Shown piece by piece: positions 1 through 10,190 of a stretch of 64,000 nucleotides of DNA (within the stretch, counting starts at the first letter, position 1; every line of letters starts with the position of its first letter). The stretch comes from an uncultured Bacteroidaceae bacterium (GTDB lineage Bacteria > Bacteroidota > Bacteroidia > Bacteroidales > Bacteroidaceae), in contig CALULY010000003.1 in assembly GCA_944321635.1 (NCBI GenBank), positions 14,399 through 78,398 of the forward strand, read 5' to 3'. The translations under genes and the position numbers were made by a program. Under the pieces are notes generated by a model. It was not told the DNA's origin. It saw only the letters and a program-made list of their open reading frames with translations, and made no database searches.

Positions 1-1566
1 GGTCGTGGCGACAGGTTGATAATGATTTCAGCCGACGGGAACAGGACGGACATCGGATACAACGGCGGCACGCTGCGCGACGTGTCCTACAACAAGCGGA
101 CAGACACCTACTGGTGCGCCTGCGGCAGCAATCTGCTCAACGGGTTCAAGGCAAGCGCGGAGGCAGGATTCACAGCCGAGCACACATCCATCGCGCCGGA
201 CGGACCGAGGCACGAGCTGTTCTACTTCATGAAATTCTTCGGGACGGACCTTTACATAGCGGGGGGAATGCTCAACTACCCCGACGTGTTCAACCCCGGC
301 ACCGTGATGCGCTACTCCAACGGGCGATGGAGCTACCTGGAGGAGAACTTGCAGACGTACACGGGCACATCCTACTACAACACCACATCAGTGGCCATCG
401 ACCCGAGGGACGGGACACACATCTTCGCGACCAGTTCTTTCGGTGGGCTCTACGAATTCCGCGATGACAAATACGTCAATCTTTACACTTATTATGCCAA
501 CCCGTCGCTAGCCAACAGCACCCTGAAGACCCTTTCGACAAGCGCGCCGGAACCGAGATGGTATGTCCGCACCGACGGCCTCAACTATGACAGCCAAGGC
601 AACCTGTGGATGGTCAACTCTGGGGTGCAGACCATCATCAACGTGATGAAAGCCGATGGCACGTGGGCCGCATTCGACCACCCAGAGATTGCAGGCGCAC
701 CGACCGTTGACCGCATGATCATCGACAGCGCGGGACGCATCTGGATAACGTTGCGGCGTGTGACGACCGGCATCTTCTGTTTCGACTACGGCGGAACGGT
801 GGATGACACGAGCGACGACCAGACCAAGTTCATCTCGACATTCGTCAACCAGGACGGCGAATCGCTCGGAGGGCTCGGGGTCTACTGCGTTGCAGAGGAC
901 AGGGACGGGACGATCTGGGTCGGCACGACTGGCGGCCCGTACATCATCAACAATCCGTCGCGCATCTTCATCGACGGGACACCGCAGCTGACGCAGATCA
1001 AGGTGCCGCGCAACGACGGGACAAACCTCGCCGACTTCCTGCTAAAGGACGAGACCATCACGGCCATCGTCATCGATGGGGCCAACCGCAAGTGGATAGG
1101 CACGCAGAACACTGGCGTCTACCTCCTGAGCGCGGACGGGATGGAGATGATCGAGCACTTCAACACAGACAACAGCCCGATGCCGTCAAACTATGTGCAA
1201 AGCATGGCGATGAACCCCGAGACGGGTGAACTGTTCATAGGCACTGACATGGGGCTTGTCAGCTACCGCACCGACTCAAGCGAACCAGAAGCGGAATTTG
1301 ACGAAGACATATACGCCTTCCCCAACCCGGTCGAGCCTGGCTACCAAGGGCTGATAACGGTCACGGGGCTCGTCTATGACACCGACATCAAGATAACCAA
1401 CACGGCAGGCCATGTCATCACGGCCGGCAAGTCGCACGGCGGCACGTTCACATGGGACGGCAAGGACGGGCACGGGCAAGACGTGGCGACAGGCATCTAC
1501 TTTGTCATTGCCTCCTCACCCGATGGCAAGAGCGGCATAGCGACCAAAATCGCCGTCATCAGATGA
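1..1566 (+). CDS. Secreted beta-propeller repeat protein with T9SS C-terminal sorting domain (5' partial; frame is open to the window edge)
   Basis: Repeated Reg_prop-like motifs (IWVGTTGGPYII, KWIGTQNTGVYLL, LFIGTDMGLVSY). The C-terminus (FPNPV...GIYFVIASS...KIAVIR) resembles a Por_Secre_tail/T9SS type A CTD. No stop codon between position 1 and the listed start. Confidence 0.75.
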   Translation, partial: GRGDRLIMISADGNRTDIGYNGGTLRDVSYNKRTDTYWCACGSNLLNGFKASAEAGFTAEHTSIAPDGPRHELFYFMKFFGTDLYIAGGMLNYPDVFNPGTVMRYSNGRWSYLEENLQTYTGTSYYNTTSVAIDPRDGTHIFATSSFGGLYEFRDDKYVNLYTYYANPSLANSTLKTLSTSAPEPRWYVRTDGLNYDSQGNLWMVNSGVQTIINVMKADGTWAAFDHPEIAGAPTVDRMIIDSAGRIWITLRRVTTGIFCFDYGGTVDDTSDDQTKFISTFVNQDGESLGGLGVYCVAEDRDGTIWVGTTGGPYIINNPSRIFIDGTPQLTQIKVPRNDGTNLADFLLKDETITAIVIDGANRKWIGTQNTGVYLLSADGMEMIEHFNTDNSPMPSNYVQSMAMNPETGELFIGTDMGLVSYRTDSSEPEAEFDEDIYAFPNPVEPGYQGLITVTGLVYDTDIKITNTAGHVITAGKSHGGTFTWDGKDGHGQDVATGIYFVIASSPDGKSGIATKIAVIR

Positions 1567-1669
1567 CTCCACATGGACAAAGCATGACGAGGCCACATCT
1601 CCAAGCCCGCATCGCACGGCCATAGGTGGCAAATACGCCCACTCGCCGAGCAAAATCACATCGCGCGGC

Positions 1670-1843
1670 GGACAAAGTTCAATGTCTCGGCGCATAAAGT
1701 AAAAACAAAACTTTTGAATATATAAACAGAACTTTTGTTTATATAAACAGAAGTTCTGAATATATAAACAAAACTTCTGAATATACTTTATGTGCGGGGG
1801 AAACGAACTTTAAGCACCGGGCTATCAAACTTTATGCCTGGCC
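1670..1843 (+). repeat. F1 repeat copy A: nested palindromic element with a 4 x 21 bp core (inner module 1693-1792)
   Basis: CATAAAGT...ACTTTATG bounds a 100-bp module of four CA(A/G)AAnTT(T/C)TG + AT-spacer units. Flanking AAsTT boxes are spaced 22 bp apart. Homologous to the copies at 9974, 23358 and 56941. Confidence 0.9.
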
Positions 1844-2010
1844 TCAAGGCTTTTCTGTCCTATCGTCGCTGGTTTTGAACTGTGGTGCAAGCCTTGGTGG
1901 CACTCATCGCGCATCGCAACTTGTCCTGCCCATGTCCGAGAAATGGCAGAGCTGGGTTTGCGGATGTGGCTGCCCTGGCGCCACGGTGTCTGGCGGCAAT
2001 GCCGGGGGCA

Positions 2011-2053
2011 TAAAAAGGGCGGGAGCCTGGCAAACTGTGCCAAGGCTCCCGCC
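2011..2053 (-). terminator. Rho-independent terminator downstream of the EF-G paralog
   Basis: GGGCGGGAGCCTGG (2017-2030) pairs with CCAAGGCTCCCGCC (2040-2053), followed on the minus strand by CTTTTTAT. Confidence 0.75.
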
Positions 2054-2089
2054 TCTGTCGTCGGCTGCGGCGAAACGCCGGGGATGGGG

Positions 2090-4246
2090 TCAATCGTCCT
2101 TTTGCGATGCCTCAAACTCCTTGACGAGGCGGTCTTGCACGTCGGACGGGACGAGCTCGTAGTCGGCGAATTTCATGATGAACGATGCGCGGCCGCCTGT
2201 CAACGAGCTGAGTGCTGTCGAGTAGGATGACATCTCCTTGAGCGGGACACGCGCCTGGATTTTCTCATAGCCTTTCTCGCTGCTCATACCCATGATCAAC
2301 GCCCTGCGCCCTTGCAAGTCGCCCATCACGTCGCCCATCTTGTCGCTGGGGACGAATACCTCGACGTTGTAGATGGGTTCGAGCAACTTGGGTCCAGCGT
2401 TCTTGAACGCTTCGCTGAAGGCGTTGCGGCCGGCGAGCATGAACGAGACTTCGTTGGAATCGACCGGGTGCATCTTGCCGTCATAGACGATGACCCTCAC
2501 ATCGCGGGCGTATGACCCTGTGAGCGGGCCTTGCTCCATGCGGGACATGATGCCCTTGAGTATCGCCGGCATGAAGCGGGCATCGATAGCACCGCCAACG
2601 ACACTGTTGACGAAGACGAGCTTGCCGCCCCACTCAAGGTTGATTTCCTCTTGTCCCTTGACGGTGACTTTGAACTCTTGTCCGTTGAATTTGTAGGTGT
2701 CGGGCAACGGCATTCCCTCCTTGTAGGGCTCGACAATCAGGTGTACCTCGCCGAACTGTCCTGCGCCGCCAGATTGCTTCTTGTGGCGGTAGTCGGCTCG
2801 CGCCGCCTTGGTTATGGTCTCGCGGTAGGGGATGCGCGGCTCTTCGTACTTGACCATTATCTTCTCATTGTTCTCAAGTCTCCACTTCAGCGTGCGGAGA
2901 TGGAACTCTCCTTGGCCGTGGACGAGTGTCTGGCGCAGTTCCTTTGACTGCTCGATGACCCACGTCGGGTCTTCCTCCTTCATGCGGTTGAGGGCGGCCA
3001 TCATTTTTTCTGTCTCAGCCTCGTTGACGGCCTTGATTGCACGGGTGTACTTGGGATCCGGGAATTTGATGAAGTCAAACCTGTGGCTGCAATCCTTGCC
3101 GTTGAGGGTGTTGCCGGTGCGGACATCCTTGAGCTTGACGGTGGCACCGATGTCGCCGGAGTGCAACTCGGTCACTTTGACGCGGTTTGGCCCGGCGACG
3201 ACAAAGAGCTGCGCGATGCGTTCCTTTGAGTTGCGGTCGGCGTTTTGCAGGTCGTCGCCCTCGTGGACAACGCCGCTCATCACCTTGAAGTAGGAGACTT
3301 CGCCGATGTGCGGCTCGACGCTTGTCTTGAAGAAGTATATCGACTCCGCCCCGTTGTCGTCATGCGGCACATCGTTGCCGTCTGTGTCCTGGACGACAGG
3401 CATCTCGGAGACGAATGGGACGACGTTGCCAAGGAATTCCATCAAACGGCGAACCCCCATATCTTTTCCTGCACATACGCAGAAGAGGGGGAATATGCTG
3501 CGCTGCACCAAGCCTTTGCGGATGCCTTCACGCATCTCGTCTTCGGTCAAGGAATCGGCCTCGAAGAACTTTTCCATGAGCGATTCATCGTTTTCGGCGG
3601 CAGCCTCGACGAGTGCCTTATGGAGTTCCAGCGCCTTGTCCATCTCCTCGGCGGGGATTTCCTCGATAATAGGTGCACCGCCCTCTGGCTTCCAAGAGTA
3701 TTTCTTCATAAGCAGCACGTCTATCAAGGCGTTGAAGCCCGGGCCGCAATTGATGGGATACTGGATGGGGACGACTTTGTTGCCGTAGATGTCCTTCATC
3801 TGGTGCAGTATGTCGTCGTAGTCGCACTTCTCACTGTCGAGCTGGTTGAGCAGGAAGATGACAGGTTTTCCCAGTTTCTCGGTGTAGCGGAAGTGGTTCT
3901 GTGTGCCTACCTCTGGACCATATTGCCCGTTGATGAGCAACAATGCGGTGTCGGTTACGTTGAGCGCGGTGACTGTCGCCCCGATGAAGTCGTCGGAGCC
4001 GGGGCAGTCTATGATGTTCAGCTTCTTGCCGTTCCATTCCACATTGAAGACGGAAGAGAAGACGGAATAGCCATATTCTTGTTCTACCGGGAAATAATCG
4101 CTGACAGTGTTCTTTTGTTCGACCGTCCCCCTGCGTTTGATGAAGCCGCTCTCGTAAAGCATCGCTTCCGTAAGGGTTGTTTTACCTGAGCCAGAACTCC
4201 CGAGCAACGCGATGTTTTTGATTTCATTAGTCTGATATACCTTCAT
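2090..4246 (-). CDS. Elongation factor G paralog (EF-G2-like), with a non-canonical GTPase centre
   Basis: 718 aa with full-length EF-G architecture. G1 reads GSSGSGKTT. G3 reads DCPGSDDF, versus canonical DTPGHVDF. ATG start verified. Confidence 0.85.
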   Translation of the reverse strand: MKVYQTNEIKNIALLGSSGSGKTTLTEAMLYESGFIKRRGTVEQKNTVSDYFPVEQEYGYSVFSSVFNVEWNGKKLNIIDCPGSDDFIGATVTALNVTDTALLLINGQYGPEVGTQNHFRYTEKLGKPVIFLLNQLDSEKCDYDDILHQMKDIYGNKVVPIQYPINCGPGFNALIDVLLMKKYSWKPEGGAPIIEEIPAEEMDKALELHKALVEAAAENDESLMEKFFEADSLTEDEMREGIRKGLVQRSIFPLFCVCAGKDMGVRRLMEFLGNVVPFVSEMPVVQDTDGNDVPHDDNGAESIYFFKTSVEPHIGEVSYFKVMSGVVHEGDDLQNADRNSKERIAQLFVVAGPNRVKVTELHSGDIGATVKLKDVRTGNTLNGKDCSHRFDFIKFPDPKYTRAIKAVNEAETEKMMAALNRMKEEDPTWVIEQSKELRQTLVHGQGEFHLRTLKWRLENNEKIMVKYEEPRIPYRETITKAARADYRHKKQSGGAGQFGEVHLIVEPYKEGMPLPDTYKFNGQEFKVTVKGQEEINLEWGGKLVFVNSVVGGAIDARFMPAILKGIMSRMEQGPLTGSYARDVRVIVYDGKMHPVDSNEVSFMLAGRNAFSEAFKNAGPKLLEPIYNVEVFVPSDKMGDVMGDLQGRRALIMGMSSEKGYEKIQARVPLKEMSSYSTALSSLTGGRASFIMKFADYELVPSDVQDRLVKEFEASQKDD

Positions 4247-4465
4247 GACCGTATTAAATTTTATTTTAATTGTTAACTAAATGCAGCTATAATAAACGTG
4301 CATCCGATTGTCAGGCGAAATATAGAAACATTTCAATTGCAATGCAAGAAAACAACTCGTTTTATAACCATTTCACACATTCGGGATGGAAAACATTAAG
4401 CAGGCAATCATTCTCGACGGCAACAAATGGACTTGTCGTTTGGCAAGTGCTTTGGTGCAATGTCT

Positions 4466-4473
4466 TAACTTTG
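4466..4473 (+). promoter_or_regulatory. Bacteroides-type -7 box TAACTTTG upstream of hemW
   Basis: Exact TAnnTTTG match 21 nt upstream of the ATG at 4495. TTTG motifs lie further upstream. Confidence 0.5.
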
Positions 4474-4494
4474 CCGCAATAAAAGACTTGAGAC

Positions 4495-5625
4495 ATGGCG
4501 GGAATCTATCTGCACATCCCATTTTGCAAGAAGCGGTGCATCTACTGTGACTTCTATTCCACGACCGACGGCGGAAGGATGGACCATTATGTCGATGCCT
4601 TGAAAAAAGAACTGGACAGCCGGAAAGATTACCTCGGCAACGATGTCGTCGAGACGATATATTTTGGCGGAGGAACGCCATCGCAACTCGCACCGGGAGC
4701 CATCGGCACACTCATCCATCACATCAGAGAACTGTTTGCCACAACCGATGACATGGAGATAACCATAGAGGCAAATCCGGACGACATCACCGATGCATAT
4801 CTGCAAGACCTCACCACGACCGGCATAAACAGAATCAGCGTCGGCGTGCAGTCATTCGACGACAAGCGGCTCAGGTTCCTAAACCGCAGGCATGACTCCG
4901 TGCAAGCCATGGACGCCATCAAGAGGTGCAGGCAACACGGTCTGGGCAACATCAGCATAGACCTCATCTACGGTTTCCCTGGTGAGACCAAGGACGCTTG
5001 GGCAGCCGACATTGACAAGGCTGTCGCGCTTGATGTCGAACACATCTCGGCATACCACATCATTTATGAAGAAGGGACACCGCTCCACCGCCTGTTGCAA
5101 CAGCACGCAATTGCGGAATTGGATGAGGAGGCGAGCGCAGAGCAATTCAGACTGTTGAAAAGCAAACTTGAAAAAGCAGGCTACATCCACTATGAAATAT
5201 CCAATTTCTGCAAACCAGGATTGCACGCGAGGCACAACACGGCCTATTGGCAGGACAAGAAATATCTCGGGTGCGGGGCATCGGCACACTCCTACGACTT
5301 GGTTTCAAGACGGTGGAATGTGAGTGACCTATATATATATATGGACAAGGTGAACAATGGCGGAACTTACTTCACCGAGGAGAGGCTGGACTTGGCGACG
5401 AGGTACAACGAATACGTCATGCTCTCCTTGCGGACAATGTGGGGACTTGAGCTTGAGACATTAGGAAGCAGATTCGGCATACGGCTATTGAAGCACTTCC
5501 TCGACAACGCCCAAAGGCACATCGACGACGGATGCCTCGTCATCAATGATGGCAATGCGAGACTGACGGACAAGGGCCTATTCGTCTCGGACGGCGTGAT
5601 GAGCGACCTGATGTATGTGGAATAA
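4495..5625 (+). CDS. hemW: Radical SAM heme chaperone HemW (coproporphyrinogen III oxidase-like)
   Basis: N-terminal YLHIPFCKKRCIYCDF radical-SAM CxxxCxxC motif, with length and layout typical of the HemW/HemN-like family. Confidence 0.85.
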   Translation: MAGIYLHIPFCKKRCIYCDFYSTTDGGRMDHYVDALKKELDSRKDYLGNDVVETIYFGGGTPSQLAPGAIGTLIHHIRELFATTDDMEITIEANPDDITDAYLQDLTTTGINRISVGVQSFDDKRLRFLNRRHDSVQAMDAIKRCRQHGLGNISIDLIYGFPGETKDAWAADIDKAVALDVEHISAYHIIYEEGTPLHRLLQQHAIAELDEEASAEQFRLLKSKLEKAGYIHYEISNFCKPGLHARHNTAYWQDKKYLGCGASAHSYDLVSRRWNVSDLYIYMDKVNNGGTYFTEERLDLATRYNEYVMLSLRTMWGLELETLGSRFGIRLLKHFLDNAQRHIDDGCLVINDGNARLTDKGLFVSDGVMSDLMYVE

Positions 5626-5652
5626 AGCGATTGCGCCTGCTGCTTTAATACC

Positions 5653-5660
5653 TATATTTG
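5653..5660 (+). promoter_or_regulatory. -7 box TATATTTG upstream of the lipid kinase gene
   Basis: Exact TAnnTTTG match 31 nt upstream of the ATG at 5692. Confidence 0.45.
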
Positions 5661-5691
5661 CAAGTCAATCACACTTATCCCGATCCGCGCA

Positions 5692-6786
5692 ATGCAAACA
5701 ACCGATGTCATAGTCATCGCCAACCCCAAAGCCGGCACTCAAGGCAAGGGCAAATTGCTGCAATCCATCGACGACAGCCTCGCCAGGGCAGGGATAAGCC
5801 ATGAAGTCTTTGAGACCACTCACGCCGGTCATGCCGAAGAGATTGCAAAAAGCTATGCCAACAAAGCAACCAAGGTCATAGCCGTTGGCGGAGACGGCAC
5901 TGTCAACGAAGTGGGACGGGCATTGATTGGCTCAACAACCGCACTGGCAATCATCCCTTGCGGCTCAGGCAACGGGCTGGCACGCGACTTGCAAATCCCG
6001 ATGCGCAAGGCCTCGGCCATCAAAACGGCAATAGATGGAGAGATAAAGGCAATCGACCACGGGACGATCAATGGCAAGCCGTTCTTCTGCACGTGCGGCA
6101 CCGGATTTGATGCCTCGGTGAGCATGAGCTTCGCAGATGCAGGGAAACGAGGCGTGATAACCTACATCGAGAAAGCTTTGACAGGATGGTTGAACTACAA
6201 GCCCACGACCTACCGGCTGATTATAAACGATGAAAAGCCCATCACGGTCAAGGCCTTTCTTATCGCTTGTGCAAACGCGGCGCAATATGGCAACAATGCC
6301 TTCATCGCCCCGCAAGCATCCATCGATGACGGACTTATGAACGTCACCATCGTCGAGCCGTTTTCAACGATAGACATCCCTGCACTGGTCATACAACTCT
6401 TCACCAAGACGATCGACAAGAGCAGCAACATAAAGACATTCAGCTGCGAAAGGCTGCGCATCGAGACAAGCAGGGAGGAGAACCCCGCCCACTATGACGG
6501 CGACCCGGTAATGCTTGGCAGCACGATAGACATAAACATCGTCAAAGGGGGACTGAACGTTGTTGTCCCTAACAAGGAGGACATCAGGAAACGTATGCGC
6601 TACACACTCTCGCAACGCTACAAGATGACGATAGACGACATACGCCACAGCACGGAATACATCGAGAGCGTCAACAACGACATAAGCAAGAAAATCAGCG
6701 ACAGGAACAAGGAAGTGCTCGACTTCATCAAACGCACAAACGAGGACATACTCGCTTCCATCCAAAAGCTCATCAACAAAAAGTAA
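5692..6786 (+). CDS. Diacylglycerol kinase family lipid kinase (YegS-like) with a ~60-aa charged C-terminal extension
   Basis: GGDGTVNEV and CGSGNGLAR motifs of the DAGK catalytic domain. The tail is helical, lysine/glutamate-rich and beyond the usual ~300 aa. Confidence 0.8.
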   Translation: MQTTDVIVIANPKAGTQGKGKLLQSIDDSLARAGISHEVFETTHAGHAEEIAKSYANKATKVIAVGGDGTVNEVGRALIGSTTALAIIPCGSGNGLARDLQIPMRKASAIKTAIDGEIKAIDHGTINGKPFFCTCGTGFDASVSMSFADAGKRGVITYIEKALTGWLNYKPTTYRLIINDEKPITVKAFLIACANAAQYGNNAFIAPQASIDDGLMNVTIVEPFSTIDIPALVIQLFTKTIDKSSNIKTFSCERLRIETSREENPAHYDGDPVMLGSTIDINIVKGGLNVVVPNKEDIRKRMRYTLSQRYKMTIDDIRHSTEYIESVNNDISKKISDRNKEVLDFIKRTNEDILASIQKLINKK

Positions 6787-6791
6787 CCTCC

Positions 6792-7304
6792 TCACTCCAG
6801 CAGCGACTCGATGTCCGCCACCAATTGCCTAAAGTCAGGCATCGCGTGGTAATCGTATGTGTAACGGATCACACCGCCAACGTCCGAAATGACAATGAAC
6901 GGGATGCCAACGTTGGTGAACATCTCATATATGCTCCTGTCCTCCTGCGCCGAATAGGGCAAAGTGAATCCATGCGCGTCCCAATACTCCTGTACAGATG
7001 CCGCAGGCTGCTCGCGGCTGATGCAGATGAAATTCACCGTCCCGCTGTCAGCATAGTGCTCATAGAGCTGCTGCACCACAGGCAACTCATGCTGGCAATC
7101 AGTGCAAGAGGTGTTGAACATGGTCAACAGTGACACTTTCTCAGCCAGAGACACGTTGCTCCACTCCATCCCGTTGTTGTCTACAACCGAGAACGGTGGC
7201 AACTTCTCTCCTGGTTGCACAGAAGAGAACTGTTCTGCCTCCTCCCCGATGCACGACACCAAGGCCAACGGCACCATCAACAACAAACTCAGTCCCAGTC
7301 TCAT
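6792..7304 (-). CDS. TlpA/redoxin family thiol-disulfide oxidoreductase lipoprotein
   Basis: Signal peptide with lipobox (LALVSC), CTDC (CxxC) motif, and a thioredoxin-fold-sized protein. Confidence 0.75.
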   Translation of the reverse strand: MRLGLSLLLMVPLALVSCIGEEAEQFSSVQPGEKLPPFSVVDNNGMEWSNVSLAEKVSLLTMFNTSCTDCQHELPVVQQLYEHYADSGTVNFICISREQPAASVQEYWDAHGFTLPYSAQEDRSIYEMFTNVGIPFIVISDVGGVIRYTYDYHAMPDFRQLVADIESLLE

Positions 7305-7774
7305 GCGTGCAATCTCTCAAAGTCCAACAACATCATCTTCCGATCAACCCCGCCTGCATATCCGGAGTAAGCCCCTTTGGCCACAGAGACCGCCCTGTGG
7401 CAAGGCACGATGATGGCAAAAGGGTTCTTCCTGCAAGCACTGCCAACAGCCCGTGCAGCCCGGGGATGACCTATCCCGGCGGCGATGCGGCCATAAGTCC
7501 TCACCTCCCCATAAGGGATTGATTGCAACTCCCGCCAGACATCAGACGTGAAACCATCCGCCCCCATGTCCAACGGCAAATCAAAACGTTTGAGCCTGCC
7601 GGCGAAGTAGGCGTCCAGCTGGGCGGCCGTCTCGCGGATTACCGCGCTGTCGGGCATCGCCTCGCTGAAATCCAAAACAAGACCATCGGCGTATGAGACC
7701 GACAACAGCGACGATTCATCTGCGACTATGCACAAATCGCCGACCAAAGATGGATAAACGTATGCATGACACAT
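7301..7774 (-). CDS. ogt: Methylated-DNA--protein-cysteine methyltransferase
   Basis: Active-site motif IIVPCHRAV. 157 aa. Its stop overlaps the downstream tlpA-like start by 4 nt. Confidence 0.9.
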   Translation of the reverse strand: MCHAYVYPSLVGDLCIVADESSLLSVSYADGLVLDFSEAMPDSAVIRETAAQLDAYFAGRLKRFDLPLDMGADGFTSDVWRELQSIPYGEVRTYGRIAAGIGHPRAARAVGSACRKNPFAIIVPCHRAVSVAKGAYSGYAGGVDRKMMLLDFERLHA

Positions 7775-8015
7775 GAGCTTGGATTTTTGCCGGCCGTGTA
7801 CTGCACGGTCGGGGCGACATATTTACATATTATAACCAACACCGCAAAGCATATTGGCGGAAAAGTTTGCCACACGCCTCATTTTTAACCAAACTCCGCA
7901 CGTGCTAAGGCAAAACATGGCGCAGGAGACTGACGTAAAGGCAAAAACACCGGATGCTAAGATTTTTATTCCTACCTTTACCACACGAAACTTCAACCAA
8001 TTAACATCAACTGAA

Positions 8016-8393
8016 ATGAAAAAAGTAATCTCAACACCAGACGCACCGGCCGCAATCGGCCCTTACAGCCAAGCAATCGAAGCCAACAACATGCTGTTTG
8101 TCTCCGGCCAACTGCCCATAGACCCGGCGACAGGAGCATTCGCCTCAGACGAAATCAAAGGCCAGACACGCCAGTCACTCGAAAACATCAAGAGCATCCT
8201 CGCCGCAGCAGGCCTCGGCATGGGCGACATCGTTAAGACGACGGTCTTCCTGGCAGATATGTCCCTGTTCGGCAGCATGAACGAAGTCTACGCGCAATAC
8301 TTCCAAGGCGATTTCCCTGCCCGTTGCGCATTCGCCGTCAAACAATTGCCAAAGGACGCGTTGGTGGAAATCGAGTGCATCGCGGCAAGATAA
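8016..8393 (+). CDS. ridA: RidA family reactive-intermediate deaminase (YjgF/L-PSP)
   Basis: [21 protein letters not shown]... is the canonical RidA N-terminus. Start trimmed to the internal ATG at 8016, giving 125 aa. Confidence 0.9.
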   Translation: MKKVISTPDAPAAIGPYSQAIEANNMLFVSGQLPIDPATGAFASDEIKGQTRQSLENIKSILAAAGLGMGDIVKTTVFLADMSLFGSMNEVYAQYFQGDFPARCAFAVKQLPKDALVEIECIAAR

Positions 8394-8405
8394 ACGGCAC
8401 ACGGC

Positions 8406-9815
8406 ATGAAGACCAGACACACCCTGCTCGCCGCCACCCTGCTCGCGGCATCGCTCTGCGCCGAGGCACAAGAGAGGCAAGGAGCACTGACACCCGAACT
8501 GCTGGCCGAGCTGCAAGCATCATTTGAGCGCACTCCGTCAGACATCGCGCTGATGAACGCCTTGTGCAACAACAGCATCAACAAACTCGCCCTCAACCAC
8601 GAGAGCCTGGCAAACATCGACACGCACTTCTCAAACCGCGTGACCAGCAAAGGCATCACAGACCAGCAACGCTCTGGACGCTGCTGGATGTTCACCGGCA
8701 TGAATGTGATGCGCGCCGACATCATCCGGCGCAACGGGCTCGGGGCATTCGAGTTCTCACAAGCCTTCACATTCTTCTGGGACCAGCTGGAGAAGTCCAA
8801 CCTCTTCCTCCAAAGCATCATCGACACCGCCGGCAGCCCGATGGAAGACCAGACAGTGCAATGGCTGTTCAAACACCCCATCAGTGACGGAGGACAATTC
8901 ACAGGCATCTCGGACATCATAGGCAAATATGGCCTCGTGCCCAAGGATGTCATGCCCGAGACCGTCAGCAGCAACGACACTCAAGCCATGGCAACCCACA
9001 TCGCACGCCGCCTCAGGGAAGCCGGACTTGACATCCGGGCTGCCCACGACAGAGAGGGCAAGCAAGCCGCAGCCGCAATGGACGACATCAAGACCGAGGC
9101 CTTGAAGGATGTCTACCGCATCCTCGCCCTCAACATCGGAGTGCCGCCCGAGCAATTCACATGGACGATGTACGCAGCCGACGGCAGCCCGCTTGGCACA
9201 AAGACCTACACGCCGCGCTCGTTCTATGACGAACTCGTCGGCGACGACCTCACGGGCGGCTACGTCATGTTCATGAACGACCCGACACGCCCCTACTACA
9301 AGCGATACGAGATCGACCTCGACCGCCACGCCTACGACGGCTACAACTGGACATACATCAACCTGCCCATGGACGACATCAAGTCCATGGCCATCGCCTC
9401 CATCAAGGACAGCACGATGATGTATATGTCATGCGACGTGGCCAAATGCCTCAACATCAACAAGGGCACAAACGACGTGCGCAACTATGACTACGAGTCG
9501 TTGCTCGGCGTGGAGTTCGGCATGGACAAGCGGGAGCGCATCCTCACCTACGACAGCGGCTCGACACACGCGATGACGCTCGTGGCTGTTGACCTCGACA
9601 GTGAGGGCAAACCCAAGAAATGGCTGGTCGAGAACAGCTGGGGCGCGGACAGCGGATTCCAAGGGCATCTGATCATGACGGACGAATGGCTGGACGAATA
9701 CCTCTTCCGCCTCGTCGTCAACAAGAAGTACATACCCACCGACATCCTCGACCTCACCCGGCTCGACCCGATCAAGCTGCCGGCATGGGACCCGTTGTTC
9801 AAATGTGAGCAATAG
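8406..9815 (+). CDS. pepC: Aminopeptidase C / bleomycin hydrolase (peptidase C1B) with signal peptide
   Basis: QQRSGRCWMF catalytic Cys motif, and C-terminal ENSWG and HLIMTDEW motifs typical of the C1B family. Confidence 0.9.
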   Translation: MKTRHTLLAATLLAASLCAEAQERQGALTPELLAELQASFERTPSDIALMNALCNNSINKLALNHESLANIDTHFSNRVTSKGITDQQRSGRCWMFTGMNVMRADIIRRNGLGAFEFSQAFTFFWDQLEKSNLFLQSIIDTAGSPMEDQTVQWLFKHPISDGGQFTGISDIIGKYGLVPKDVMPETVSSNDTQAMATHIARRLREAGLDIRAAHDREGKQAAAAMDDIKTEALKDVYRILALNIGVPPEQFTWTMYAADGSPLGTKTYTPRSFYDELVGDDLTGGYVMFMNDPTRPYYKRYEIDLDRHAYDGYNWTYINLPMDDIKSMAIASIKDSTMMYMSCDVAKCLNINKGTNDVRNYDYESLLGVEFGMDKRERILTYDSGSTHAMTLVAVDLDSEGKPKKWLVENSWGADSGFQGHLIMTDEWLDEYLFRLVVNKKYIPTDILDLTRLDPIKLPAWDPLFKCEQ

Positions 9816-9861
9816 GGCAGTACCCGCACGCCGCCATCGACGTGCAAGACGAGACGCAATG

Positions 9862-9889
9862 GGGCTGGACCAAGTGTCCGGCCCTTTTT
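9862..9889 (+). terminator. Rho-independent terminator after pepC
   Basis: GGGCTGGAC / GTCCGGCCC stem followed by TTTTT. Confidence 0.75.
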
Positions 9890-9973
9890 GCTATGCGTGG
9901 CTCCCACATCCAGCGACAGAGGCATCGACCCGGGCGCATCGCGGCGACAGGACAAGGGGGAAACACGGTGAGG

Positions 9974-10190
9974 CCAGGCACAAACTTGGATTGCCCGGCG
10001 TATAAAGTTCATCATGTCCTAACCTAAAGTATATTCAGAAGTTTTGTTTATATATTCAAAACTTCTGTTTATATAAACAAAAGTTCTGTTTATATATTCA
10101 AAAGTTTTGTTTCAACTTTATGTCTGGAGGAAACGAACTTCAAGCACCGGGCAAAGGAAGTTTCCCCGGCGAGTGATAGGAATTTATGCC
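9974..10190 (-). repeat. F1 repeat copy B (inverted orientation; inner module 10023-10122)
   Basis: Its inner 100 bp is the reverse complement of the inner modules of copies A/C/D, with the same 22-bp phased flanking boxes. Confidence 0.9.
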
